42,128 nucleotides of DNA from Tubiluchus corallicola (GCA_030141605.1 JAQGDQ010001412.1:1-42128), one strand, 5' to 3'. Positions 25,996 through 37,839 are shown, numbered from the stretch's first letter. Numbers and translations are program-made. Notes: generated by a model not told the origin, from the sequence alone.

Positions 25996-26381
25996 TACAG
26001 CAATTAAACACACTTTTTTGTTTAAAAATGTACAAAGCAACTATTTTGTTTCAAAATGATGTAAAAAGCAACTTTTTTGTTTCAAAATGTTGCACAAGGC
26101 AAGGTTTTGTTTCACTATGTTATACAAAGCTAAGATACATTAAAGACGAGCTAGTACAATAGTAGTTAAGACTAATAATCTATATATTTGCAGACAAAGG
26201 GTGTTTATTGATGCTAGGCAACTATACGTATCTTAAATCAATTATAGTTGTATGGCTTCTGGGCAGTATTGACTATCTTTGTTCACAATGGCTTCTATGC
26301 TGCTACATGTACAGCATTTTAATACACAACACAAATTTTGCATCATCATGGTGAGAAAAAAGAACTACCAACATGGTGTAG

Positions 26382-27025
26382 GCTGGCCGTGAAGTTAGGC
26401 AATATTGAGTCCGGTCAGTAGATGGATAAGTGACTGCACGAAATAACTGCTTTGTGGTAGTTTCGTCTGTTCATGCCGTTTCTGTAATTAGGGCAACTAT
26501 GTTACAACCGATCATGGATGAACACCTTTGAGCGTCTCATGTGCTGGCTGTGAAGTTAGGCAATACTGAGTCTGGTCAATAGATGGATAAGTGACTGCAC
26601 GAAATGACTGCTTTGTGGTAGCTTCGTCTGTTCGTGCCATTTCTGTAATTAGGGCAACTATGTTGCAACCCCGATCATGGATAAACGCCTCTGAACGTCT
26701 CATGTGCTGGCTGTGAAGTTAGGCAATACTGAGTCTGGTCAATAGATGGATAAGTGACTGCATGAAATAACTGCTTTGTGGTAGCTTCGTCTGTTCGTGC
26801 CATTTCTGTAATTAGGGCAACTATGTTGTAACGGATCATGGATAAACACCTCTGAACGTCTCATGTGCTGGCTGTGAAGTTAGGCAATACTGAGTCTACT
26901 CAGTAGATGGATAAGCAACTGCACGAAATGACTGCTTTGTGGTAGCTTCGTCTGTTCGTGCCATTTCTGTAATTAGGGCAACTATGTTGCAACCGATCAT
27001 GGATAAACACCTCTGAACGTCTCAT
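26382..27025 (+). repeat. ~161-bp tandem repeat x4 with a degenerate 5S rRNA internal-control-region segment
   Basis: Units at 26382, 26543, 26706, 26867. Each starts gaagttaggcaatactgagtctggtcaatagatggataagtgactgc, compared with 5S gaagctaagcagggtcgggcctggttagtacttggatgggagaccgc. Confidence 0.75.
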
Positions 27026-27119
27026 CTGATAATGATGACTAGATTCCAGTACTGCTACGACTATTTTACATTAAGCAGGCTCTGCTGTTATGAGTTACAC
27101 ATGTAAATTGCATGACTGT

Positions 27120-27482
27120 GACTGTATTGAGTTGTATAATATATTGTGACTGGCACATATAGCAAATGGGGATTGAGTTGTATAATATGTTGTGACTGGC
27201 ACATATAGCAAATGGGGATTGAGTTGTATAATGTTGTGACTGGCACATATAGCAAATGGGGATTGAGTTGTATAATGTTGTGACTGGCACATATAGCAAA
27301 TGGGGATTGAGTTGTATAATGTTGTGACTGGCACATATAGCAAATGGGGATTGAGTTGTATAATGTTGTGACTGGCACATATAGCAAATGGGGATTGAGT
27401 TGCATAATATGTTGTGACTGGCACATATAGCAAATGGGGATTGAGTTGTATAATATGTCGTGACTGGCACATATAGCAAATT
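27120..27482. repeat. 44-47-bp minisatellite (~8 units)
   Basis: attgagttgtataatgttgtgactggcacatatagcaaatgggg units. Confidence 0.95.
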
Positions 27483-28908
27483 GGGTCTTAGATCATTAAA
27501 ATTAACATAGTTCTATTTTAATCAGTTTCGAGAGCTTCAAAAGATCATCAGCTTACTATGTCAATCAGTAGTGGCGAGCTTCAACATTCAAATTCCATAC
27601 AAACGAGTTTTTTTTAGTTTAATTTGAATTCGAATCGAAAATTATAGATACGAATAATTCAGCACTTCAGCCAAATACATTCTTTATTATTAAATGTTTG
27701 AAACATCATGCAATCAGCACAATTTAGCTGTGATTTCTGTGCACAATGTTTAAACAAGTTATGAGCGCTTTTACTGCATAACAAACTCAAGCAATATGCC
27801 CTACCTTTGTGAGACCGCTTTTTATTAGTGATTTGAAAATTTATTCGAAAATGTTTAAAAGTGAATTAGAATTCAATTTGGGTGCAAAATGTTAATTTCG
27901 GTTTTGATTCGAGTTCGATAGTCACAAATTCGATTCGTGTGCTATCTTCTTATAAAAAAATCTCCAACAATAATTGTGTAGCTTGCATCGTTTAATCTGA
28001 AAACAAATAAGATAATTTTATATAATTTTGCTCAATTTTACGGCGAAATCTAAACCAAATTGATCTAATTAACTTTAACAAACTTTTACGCAAATTATAA
28101 AATCTAATCTCTAGTCTTTTTAATAAACAAAGGTTCAAGATTTAAGAAATTAATAAATCAACTTACATGGTGATTTTCTATAAGTGTAATAATGATATTA
28201 TAACAACGAATCAATGAATGACGCTAAACAATCTGTCACTGCAGTGTGTGAATGCCTGAGTTACTCCAATCTACAGGTAAGTGTACAGGTAAAAGACTGG
28301 TCACATGACCTGTTTAAAAGGAAACCAATGTTTAACAGAAAAGAGGGGGCCAAACAAGTTGAAATCAGCAAAATTCGATTTCGCTTTTTGGTGGAGCACA
28401 CTGATCCCTATCCATCAGAACAATTTTTAAACTCGAAAGAATCTAAACACTTTCATTAAATGCAATTTTATTAAGAAAAGTTTATTTACAACTGAATTGT
28501 CAAATTTGTAGGCTCTTTTGCAAAAAACATCTGAAATAAAATGGGAATCTATCAGCTGAAAAACCAATATGTATCGTAATAAGAGAGATGCATTATTGTT
28601 TCACTGCAGATTGAACTATGAATTTATTTCACACATCAATGCTAAATACAATGTTGCAGAAATGGCAAAGAAATTTATTCAACGATTGTTTATTGCAGCA
28701 GAACAAAAAGTATCATTTTTATAACACATTCAGAAACATAATAAGAAAAATTATGAATCAGCATCAGTGATACATGAATAATTATAGAAGCAATATAACA
28801 GACCCAGACTAGTTTGCATAAGACTAAAACCAAGACCAGTGTTCTAAGACCATTATCAGAGTGCATGAAACCAAGATTCGTTTGCATGAGACCAGGACCT
28901 ATATGCGT

Positions 28909-29045
28909 GACAACCATGTGTATAAGACAAGACCATCATAAAACCAGTAACTATGAGAGAGAGAACCATATCTCTTGTGCAAAAATTTTACTCTCTCTCG
29001 TAGATACTGGTTTTATGATGGTCTTGTCTTATACACATGGTTGTC
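28909..29045. repeat. Near-perfect hairpin, ~55-bp arms, 27-nt loop
   Basis: 28909-28963 is reverse-complementary to 28991-29045. Confidence 0.9.
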
Positions 29046-30429
29046 TTGCACACAGTTCTTGGTCTTGATTACAATGTGGGTCGCAAACAAATGTGGTCAC
29101 TATTTTAACGACAGTTTTGACATTAATTTTATTCAGCTTTGTTAAAATACGATTAACATTTAACTTAAATCAGGAAATTTGAAATTCCTTATTCCAATTT
29201 GGCAAATTAGGATCATTGGTGACTTATTAAGTCATAATGTAAAGAAACTGAATGTGGAGTTTATGCAAAAAATATTTTAAATGCGGTCATAATATATCTA
29301 AAACTGCTTCCCGGTAGCCATGATTGATTTTCCAGGCATACTGATATTCGATTGATTTTGTATTGACTTCAAATCTTCCTCATTGCGGCCTTAATGTTGG
29401 TCTTAATTATCTTGGTTTTCAGCATTACTCTGGGTAATTCTTTTACAATTATAGCAAACAGTATCGCAGATACAGCAGCAAGAAATATAATAATCGCAGA
29501 TACAGCAGCAAAAAATATAATAATCACAGGTACAGCAATAATATCTTGGAAAATTCCTCATAAAGCATTATACAAGAAAGGTGTACACTCATATCTCGGT
29601 TTGCCGAACCTCGCTTTTACATATATCCGGAAGAAACATATAAAATCTGGACCATTAAAAGTCCGGCATACTACGGACAAGGTTTGCGGTCTGACCGCTA
29701 GATGGCAGACCGTCACTTTGTTTACATCATTACGTCAGTGTAACCACGTGTATATATAATAATACAGAGCCATCTATGGGGAGTTATTTGAGTCAATTTT
29801 TGCTTCCTTTTGCATAGCAGCGGCCCGTACTAGACGTTCTTGAGACAACTGGGCGATTGATTCTACCGTGTGTATTACCGTCCGGTAAATACGGACAATC
29901 TCCAAATTCGGACCGAAGTCTCCCGGAAACGATATCACAGATACAATAAGGAAAATTATAGAACAACTTCACATATACAAAAAGAAAACTTATGAAAAAA
30001 TATAAGAGGCACAGGAAAAAACCGTAGAAAAATACAGAGAGAGAATGTTGATGCAAAACGAAGTGATTAAAGTGCCGCATTTTCCCGTTCCAGCGCAAAT
30101 GGCAGTCCGTTCGATACCGTGTTGACGCCATCTTGCTTTGCATTTTGTTCAACTATGCTCTTTTTTCTTTTTGTTGTCTGAAATAATAACAAGTGCGCGA
30201 ATAAAAACAAATCTTTGTAGAGTTCAACAGTAGTGCATTATGCCCATTATGAACTACTTTAGGTGTTTAAATCAAAATCAATCTTTATACATATATATAA
30301 ATACATATTTATCATTGGAAAGTTTGAAACAGCAACGCAATTAGCTCAATTTAGCTGCAGTTTCTGTGCAAAATTTTTAACAAACTAATAGTGGTTTTAC
30401 AGCAGAACGAAATCAAGCAAAATCCATGA

Positions 30430-30526
30430 TGATTATTATTATTATTATTATTATTATCATTATTATTATTATTATTATTATCATTATTTTTATCATTATT
30501 ATCACTATTATTATTATTATTATTAC

Positions 30527-30574
<48 letters not shown>

Positions 30575-30619
30575 CATTATTATCACTATTATTATTATTA
30601 TTATTATTATTATTATCAC

Positions 30620-30679
<60 letters not shown>

Positions 30680-30712
30680 GATTATTATTATTATTATCAC
30701 TATTATTATTAT
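30430..30712. repeat. (ATT)n microsatellite
   Basis: ~280 bp. Source of the poly-Ile ORFs. Confidence 0.98.
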
Positions 30713-30859
30713 TTACCGTATTTTAAAATGAGTAAGGATACCAAAGACCATTCTGTTTTCCTTTAAAATATAATACTAACATTTATTTACCGACAAAAGT
30801 CGGCTTTTGGGTCAACAATCAACATTAGCTCAAAGAGCTATTATCGCCGACTGTAAATA

Positions 30860-32430
30860 ACAACCAACAACTACATAAACTACTACTACATAACAACCTA
30901 CAACTACATAACAACCTACAACTACATAACAACCTACAACTACATAACAACCTACAACTACATAACAACCTACAACTACATAACAACCTACAACTACATA
31001 ACAACCTACAACTACATAACAATCTACAACTACATGACAACCTACAACAACATAACAAACTACAACTACATGACAACCTACAATTACATAACAATCTACA
31101 ACTACATGACAGGGACTATTAAACAGTAAGCTTTTACCCAATGCATTATTTTTAGATAAATTGTTGTAATCCAAGCACAGTGAGTAATGCATTATTATCA
31201 ATCCCGTGCATCATGCTCTAATATGCTTCATTAGAGCTACGAGCTTAAAGGATAGCCAGACGATTGCTTAGACTCAATCTCATTTTAATGCACTGTAACA
31301 AATATACATTTTCTTGCCCGTAAAAGTTGACAATTGTTTCTTATATTTGAGTGATCAGCTTAGAAAGTTAATTAACTGTAACCAAACACACGTCAGAAAC
31401 TAACTTCGGTAAGCACCTTCCCTGGCGCATCAAGCACATTTGCATAAGCGCTACCATACTGTTTAAATGCATGATGTCACAAAAAGGGCTCTACGTCATA
31501 TGACGTCGTAGTTTAGTCCAGTTTCAAATCAACATGATCTTTACACAAGATATTCAGTCGAAAACTATGTACTCCGTTTTCCAAAAACAAATATGATGAA
31601 ACAGTCGTCAAAATATAATGCTATTAAAATATCGTCATCAATCCCGCGTGAAATGAAAACTCTTAATCTTTATCAATTTAAAAAAGCGTCAAAGAATTAC
31701 CTACTACAACGGTATAATTAACTCACAATTTTACTCATCCTGATCTTAAGTTACTAACAAAACTTATTTTGTTCTAATGTATGCTATAACTGATGAAAAT
31801 GTAATGTTAATTGTCAATTGTTTCACTTATCTGGAGGAGGACTCGAAAGCTCAATGCTCCTTCCTCCTCCTCACAGTAACTCGTTTAGTTTATAATTTTT
31901 TTCATTGTAATAACAATGTGTATGTATGTTTAAGTTGCTGTGGAACAAATTCATATATCACATCATATAAATTCATATATCACATCATATAAATTCAAAT
32001 ATCACATCATATAAATTCATATATCACATCATATAAATTCATATATCACATCATATAAATTCATATATCATGTCATATAAATTCATATATCACATCATAT
32101 AAATTCATATATCACATCATATAAATTCATATATCATATCATATAAATTCATATATCATATCATATAAATTCATATATCATATCATATAAATTCATATAT
32201 CACATCATATAAATTCATATATCATGTCATATAAATTCATATATCACATCATATAAATTCATATATCACATCATATAAATTCATATATCACATCATATAA
32301 ATTCATATATCACATCATATAAATTCATATATCATATCATATAAATTCATATATCATATCATATAAATTCATATATCACATCATATAAATTCATATATCA
32401 TATCATATAAATTCATATATCACATCATAT
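30860..32430. repeat. Left arm of a large inverted repeat (18-bp array + unique core + 22-bp array)
   Basis: Reverse complement of ~38812-40838. The mirrored ORFs (31777/39802 and 31201/40366) reflect this. Confidence 0.92.
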
Positions 32431-33108
32431 GAGCTTCATTCATTACATCATTCCATTCTGTAGCACTAATGTTTTTTTATCACACGATTCACTTCAAATT
32501 TTCAGATTATTTCCATTACTTTTTTTCTTTCACTGTGTTGGGACAATCTAACAAGCCCTGCTTTTTGATTGCAAGCAACACATTTACATGTGTATATAGG
32601 TGAACAGTGTTTGAGGCTTTTCCTGTGCAGAAACAATAAAAGCTTATTTGTGTTATGTTCATTGTAGGTCCTTTCACTAGATATTGTATATGAAACCATT
32701 GTAAATGTGTAATGTGAAATAAATGACTTATGACAGGTTGCTGCTGGTTTTTTTGCTCTCAAATGAACAATCTTATTTATTAATTGTTCATTGCAATGAA
32801 CAATTTATGTAATATTTCACTGCTTGCGCAGATTACATATCATCTGGTTTGGTATGTGTTCAGTAGTTTTAATGCTGTGTTTTGTACCTTAGTATTATAA
32901 CAAAATAGTCGTGCGATCTTGGCAGTTAATGTACCAATGCATTCGATCCAGTTAAGCCCGGAAACATGTTGGGGTATGTTAATAACTGATAGCTACGTGA
33001 CTTTTGCAGTGAGAGTTTCTGATAAGTTACTGATGTGTATTAGTCACTGTTAAACTGCATTATATTGGGCATTTCTCTGATGTAATACTTGACTTGTGTC
33101 TTTTTCAG

Positions 33109-33190
33109 AATTCAGTCCAACTATGTGAGCATTCGTGTGTTTTATACCAGCACAGTGCACAGGGAAATCTCTCAGAATGAAGCGTATACA
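33109..33190 (+). CDS. DEG/ENaC gene 2, penultimate exon (pre-TM2 beta strands)
   Basis: tttttcag|A IQSNYVSIRVFYTSTVHREISQNEAYT|gtaagt fits the N...L.IF/Y......I.Q..AY motif. Confidence 0.85.
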
Positions 33191-33360
33191 GTAAGTGAAG
33201 TTCAACTTGCAATGCACATAGAATGAAGTTTTATTGAGGTGTTGCTTCTGTCGATTATATGTGTGCTTGCAAACCAAAACCATTCATAAGTCGGCCTAGT
33301 TAATACTACGTTATGATGCCTCAAAGCAGAAAGACCGCACGGGAACCTATTTTGTTGCTG

Positions 33361-33921
33361 TTGGCACCATTCTGTTTCGGAAGACAATGGAGTGTGCTCC
33401 AATAGAGCTGCAGCGAAGCTAAGCAACGTAGAGCCTGGTTAGTACTTGGATGGGTGACCGCCTAGAAATACCGGTGCTGTAGGTTTGCGGGATGCCCACA
33501 CTGTATCTCGACACTAGATGGAGGAGCTACACAAGCAGCCAACGGCTAGAGGGCGGAGGAGGTCAAGTGACCCGATGGCCATGTGTAGAGGAGTAAACCT
33601 TCCAAATCAGGAGTGGATCCCCGAAGGCGGACCAGTGCAGCATGTTCACTGACTCCGGCAGCTCCTGCAGCCAACCTGGTGCCAAACGTATCGCTCCGCT
33701 TTCCTTTGGACTACACCAGGGAGGAAGAGAGGGGGTTCCTGTTGTCTGGGCAACTCAGGATCTCCATACACCTTACCCAGGCGTGCGCCCTGGAGAGGCC
33801 ACTCCATTGGTTCAAGGATCGGATTGCTCAGCCACAGTCGACGCTGCAGCTCCATCAGTGTGATCAATAACTGACTCTCCTGGCGCACACTCCATTGTCT
33901 TCCGAGACAGAAGAATGCCAA
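33361..33921 (+). mobile_element. 5S rRNA-derived (SINE3-like) element with RTE-like body and self-complementary ends
   Basis: 33414-33486 matches the 3' ~70 nt of 5S rRNA (AGCTAAGCA...CCTGGTTAGTACTTGGATGGG...GGTGCTGTAGG). The GC-rich body recalls RTE-clade 5' UTRs from memory. Inverted repeats at 33361-33397 and 33885-33921. Confidence 0.65.
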
Positions 33922-34391
33922 CCAATTTGCAAACCAAAACCGTCCATAAGTCGGCCTAGTTAAAACTATGTTATTATGCTTCAGAGTAGAAAGCACCAAA
34001 AAAATAAGAGATATAATTTTACAAAAAACGGCCGAAAAATGTCCTTTTTTTGGAGGTTTTTCGCCCCCTTCCTCCCGGTAGGCCCGATTCGAAAAATAAA
34101 CCCCCAATGGCATGACACTAGATCGAGACATTTTGTTTGATGTATAGATCGCCGCAAATGGTGCCGTCGTCCGACCTGTAGCCTCGAATCTTATATACAT
34201 ATATATATATATATTAAGCCCATACCAGCGAAATTAATAAATACGATGGAAAGTAAGGGCACTTATTTTTTCTTCTCTGTTACTTCTGATTATTTTTGAT
34301 GTTGGTAAGCACAAATGATTCACAAAATTTCATTATCTCGGCTAAAAGAGGTACTCAAATTGCATTTGTAAGACTAACGTGTTGTTTCTAG

Positions 34392-34580
34392 AGTTGGGAC
34401 GTTGTGGCGGACATTGGCGGAGTCAGCGCTCTGTTTTGGGGCGTGTCCTTGCTGACCCTGGCAGAGTTTGCCGAGTACTTATTCACGCTGGTCACTATTC
34501 CGTGCATCGACTATCAGCCGGACAAACAGACGATGCGGGAAGCTGCGAGAGCAAAGCAAAATGAAGAGATGAAGGTATGA
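34392..34580 (+). CDS. DEG/ENaC gene 2, last exon (TM2 with GxS filter and C-terminus)
   Basis: tttctag|SWDVVADIGGVSALFWGVSLLTLAEFAEYLFTLVTIPCIDYQPDKQTMREAARAKQNEEMKV*. In phase with the preceding exon. AATAAA at 34642-34647. Confidence 0.9.
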   Translation, partial: SWDVVADIGGVSALFWGVSLLTLAEFAEYLFTLVTIPCIDYQPDKQTMREAARAKQNEEMKV

Positions 34581-34739
34581 ATAACATCGTATCTGTGAAA
34601 GTCATGTTTGAGGTTGTAGATGAATCACTTTGTAGAAAAAGAATAAAACACTATACTACATATTTGCACAAAACTGAAAACGTTTATTAGACTACATACA
34701 CATATGTAGAATGACTGCTACACTGAACACCGAGAACAA

Positions 34740-35090
34740 GAGTGTCCTGCACTGATCACTGAGAGTTAGACAGTAAGTGACATGATTAGCACGACTGCTG
34801 CACTGCACTGAGAGTGTGAGTTAGACAGTTGTGTAGCACGACTAGCATGACTTCTGCACTGCATTGAGAGTGAGACAGGTGTGTAGCACGACTAGCATGA
34901 CTTCTGCACTGCACTGAGAGTGTGAGTTAGACAGGTGTGTAGCACGACTGCTGCACTGCACTGAGAGTGAGAGTTAGACAGTAAGTGACATGAGTATCAC
35001 GACTGCTGCACTGCACTGAGAGTGTGAGTTAGACAGGTGTGTAGCACGACTAGCATGACTTCTGCACTGCATTGAGAGTGAGACAGTGAC
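34740..35090. repeat. Irregular minisatellite
   Basis: gcacgactgctgcactgcactgagagtgtgagttagacag variants. Confidence 0.85.
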
Positions 35091-35627
35091 TAGAAGTAGA
35101 ATCCAGTCAGTATATATAGGTATAGGTAATTGTAATTGACTAGGATTCTGGTTTCAAGCACAGGAAGGGACCAGACCGTTTCTGGTTTTGGTCACTGTTG
35201 CTCTCAAATCTGCCCAGGCATGGACAGGACAACAGCAATGCAGCAAGAATTAACAAAACTTACAAAAGTAAAATTATAAGCATCAGTAAATTCTCCCAAG
35301 ATTAACCACGAGAATGCACATTGTAATGTGAAAAATGACATCACGAAATCATTTAAAACATTTTAGACGGTTTTAATTAAATTTATTTCAAACATTAAAA
35401 CATACAAGCGAAAATGCTATAACATGAAAATTTAAATTTCTTAAACACATGTAGTAAGTCAATATAATTCGAATACTAGAATACGTTATGGACTTTACAC
35501 GACTGAACAAAATGAACAACAACGGACAGAATTAATGGTTTCTGTAAGAAAACAAACAATTTTTCCTAAAAATAAAACAACAAATAGAAAGGGTTTCCAA
35601 AATTAAAAGAAAAATTTTAGCCTAATC

Positions 35628-37632
35628 TTAGCATAAGTCAAGGATTTTGCATGTTGAAATTGTGAATTCTTTTCCAATAACACGCTTAGGACTCCGCGGA
35701 TCACAAGCCAAGTGTATGGACCTCCACTCGTCCACCAGAGACCAGTTAAGACGCTTGTCGCAGACCAGTCCTAGAAAATAAAGTCCTTGTTAGCTATAGG
35801 CATACGATGCTTGGGGTTAAGAGGGGGGCGGGATTGCCTTACCACAGCAAAAGAACTATATTTCATGTCAAAAGCTAATTATTTTGAGAAGCAAATAATT
35901 ATCTTTTAAAATTTAAGGTTTCAACGTTTAAAAATTGCTGCAATTAAAGAGTTCTTTGTGTGACGAATTGTTTATAAAGTTTAATAATTATAAAGCTATA
36001 AAAATGACTGCTATCAGTTTTAGCTCACTAAACCTCCTAAGTCTATTACTCACTTGTTAAGCACACACTGCTCAATGTTGTGGCAAAGTTAGAGACATTT
36101 TTGCAAAAGGAAAGCGTAATCTGGGTCACCATTATTTCTTCTGAATTTGTCAAACGTTGGAAAAACTTTTGTGAAAGTATTTGCATGTTTGTTCAGTGAA
36201 AATGCAAATGTTTGACTTGTGTCTTGTTAGACTAGTGATTTCTTAGTAAAGGATATTTATTATAATTTGGTGTTGTTGCATTTATTTATTGTTACTTTTG
36301 CAATTGTTATATGGTGTGATGTCAGGAGCTGATTGTCTCCCCCCTCCCTCAAATTAAAGCAACTTGGAAAATTTTCAGAGCAAATTTATTGTACCGCCAC
36401 CTTGTGAAACTTCCTCCCGTATGCCTATGTTGCTAGCATTTTACTAATGAGTAATTTTAATAAAACATTCTGCCATGTGAAACATTTTGAAAGCTTGATC
36501 AGAACAAAATATTGCAGAATTTGGTTTTAGTAATTTCTCTGATTTTTTGCTTAGTCACTTCCTGTTAGCTGGAGGTTTGTTGTTCACCCACTGAATTAAG
36601 CAGTAAAATACATGCATAAATTTACAAACATTTATTAGTTTTAGATTTACTCTGAGTAAATAAAGCAAAAAATACAATATGCAAATAACAAAACCTCCTG
36701 GTAATGCACGTTATACAAAATATACCAGCACACCGGGAAAGGGAGCTAGCTGTTTCACCCCCCCCCACCCCCCCACCCCCGCACGAATTCTGACTAAACA
36801 AACCTGAGGCTTTTAACGACTGTTTACCAACCTAATAACAGATTTCTTTTTTATGATTTCTAAAGGTAAGGATCTTTTTAAAAAGTTGATTTTCCAATGT
36901 TTACTAGAGATTTTTTAGACATTTTGTCACTTCTGTTTGCCAAAAACGAAACTCACCTGTAGCGATTATAGTAACTTGAGAAGTGGGAGCGACTTGGGTG
37001 TAGCAGAGGCTTCTCTATGCTCTCCACAAACATTACATACAAGAAAGAGAAGTTTGGATCTTGAGTCAAATCCAAGGCAGGAATCTTCAAATCTCGACTG
37101 CCATAGAACATCTTTATTTCTAGTAGACCAGTTACTTTAGCAAAAGCTTGTGGATGTATGTGTGCAAGAGCTCTTTATTAAAAGTGAATGCAAGCGACTC
37201 AACGGTACCTACAATAGCATTAGCAGGCAAGGTAGTGAATTTACCTATGTTTATAGATAATTCACGCACTGATTTACCGGTAAAATTCATTCTGAAAGGA
37301 TTTTCACCTGCGGATTCGTTGGTTGCAAAAAGTTCGATTTTCAGCTTTGCTATAGGTTGAGGAAGCTTATCAGCTATATTCTGAATATCCTCAGGTTTCA
37401 AGCAATAACCGTCATATCCATATGGTGATGCTTCTGTTACCTGGTAGCACTTCGGTTCTTGATAGTTTGGTCTGCAGATTATAGTACAATTGTCTCTTTT
37501 GTAATAATGTGTGACATGAGAGCATAAATGATGGTCAATCTTTTCACAAAAGTCTGAAAACCCTGGCTGAATGCACATCACAACAATAATAAATGCACCA
37601 CAAAGGATTATAGAAACTTTAGGTGTCTCCAT
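35628..37632 (-). pseudogene. Secreted leucine-rich-repeat-type gene, two exons (36957-37632; 35628-35770), with two 2-nt indels
   Basis: Signal-peptide-like N-terminus (METPKVSIILCGAFIIVVMCIQPGFS) and Cys-rich cap. LRR-like LSINIGKFTTLPANAI, then in a shifted frame HIHPQAFAKVTGLLEI. Donor ACAG|GTGAGT at 36957. Exon 2 LVCDKRLNW...LACDPRSPKRVIGKEF...C* resembles an LRR C-terminal cap. Confidence 0.65.
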
Positions 37633-37839
37633 CTTAGTGCAAACAAGTCAACAAGTTAAGTTAGTACGCTTGACTGACTTCGAAAAGGATATTGAAGGTA
37701 GGAGACACAAGTTTCAACTGAGCAAAAATTAGAATGTTTATGACGAATGAACAATAGACAATGCTGTACCGTAACTATGACAACATGACCTAATAATGTC
37801 TCTGCGTAACTTATCGTATATATTAATTCTACTGGTATG

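Noticed and set aside
28245-28276. Plus-strand exon-like segment (CECLSYSNLQ|gtaagt)
   Set aside because: Does not match DEG/ENaC thumb cysteine spacing, and its phase does not link to 33109.
30413-31201. Poly-Ile and CYVVVG/CRLLCS repeat ORFs (also 40366-41417)
   Set aside because: Translations of the (ATT)n, 18-bp and 42-bp tandem repeats.
32832-32851. Possible micro-exon upstream of exon 33109
   Set aside because: Splicing would create TG+A = stop in the channel frame.
33414-33486. Functional 5S rRNA gene
   Set aside because: The 5' ~48 nt of 5S are missing and there is no T4 terminator.
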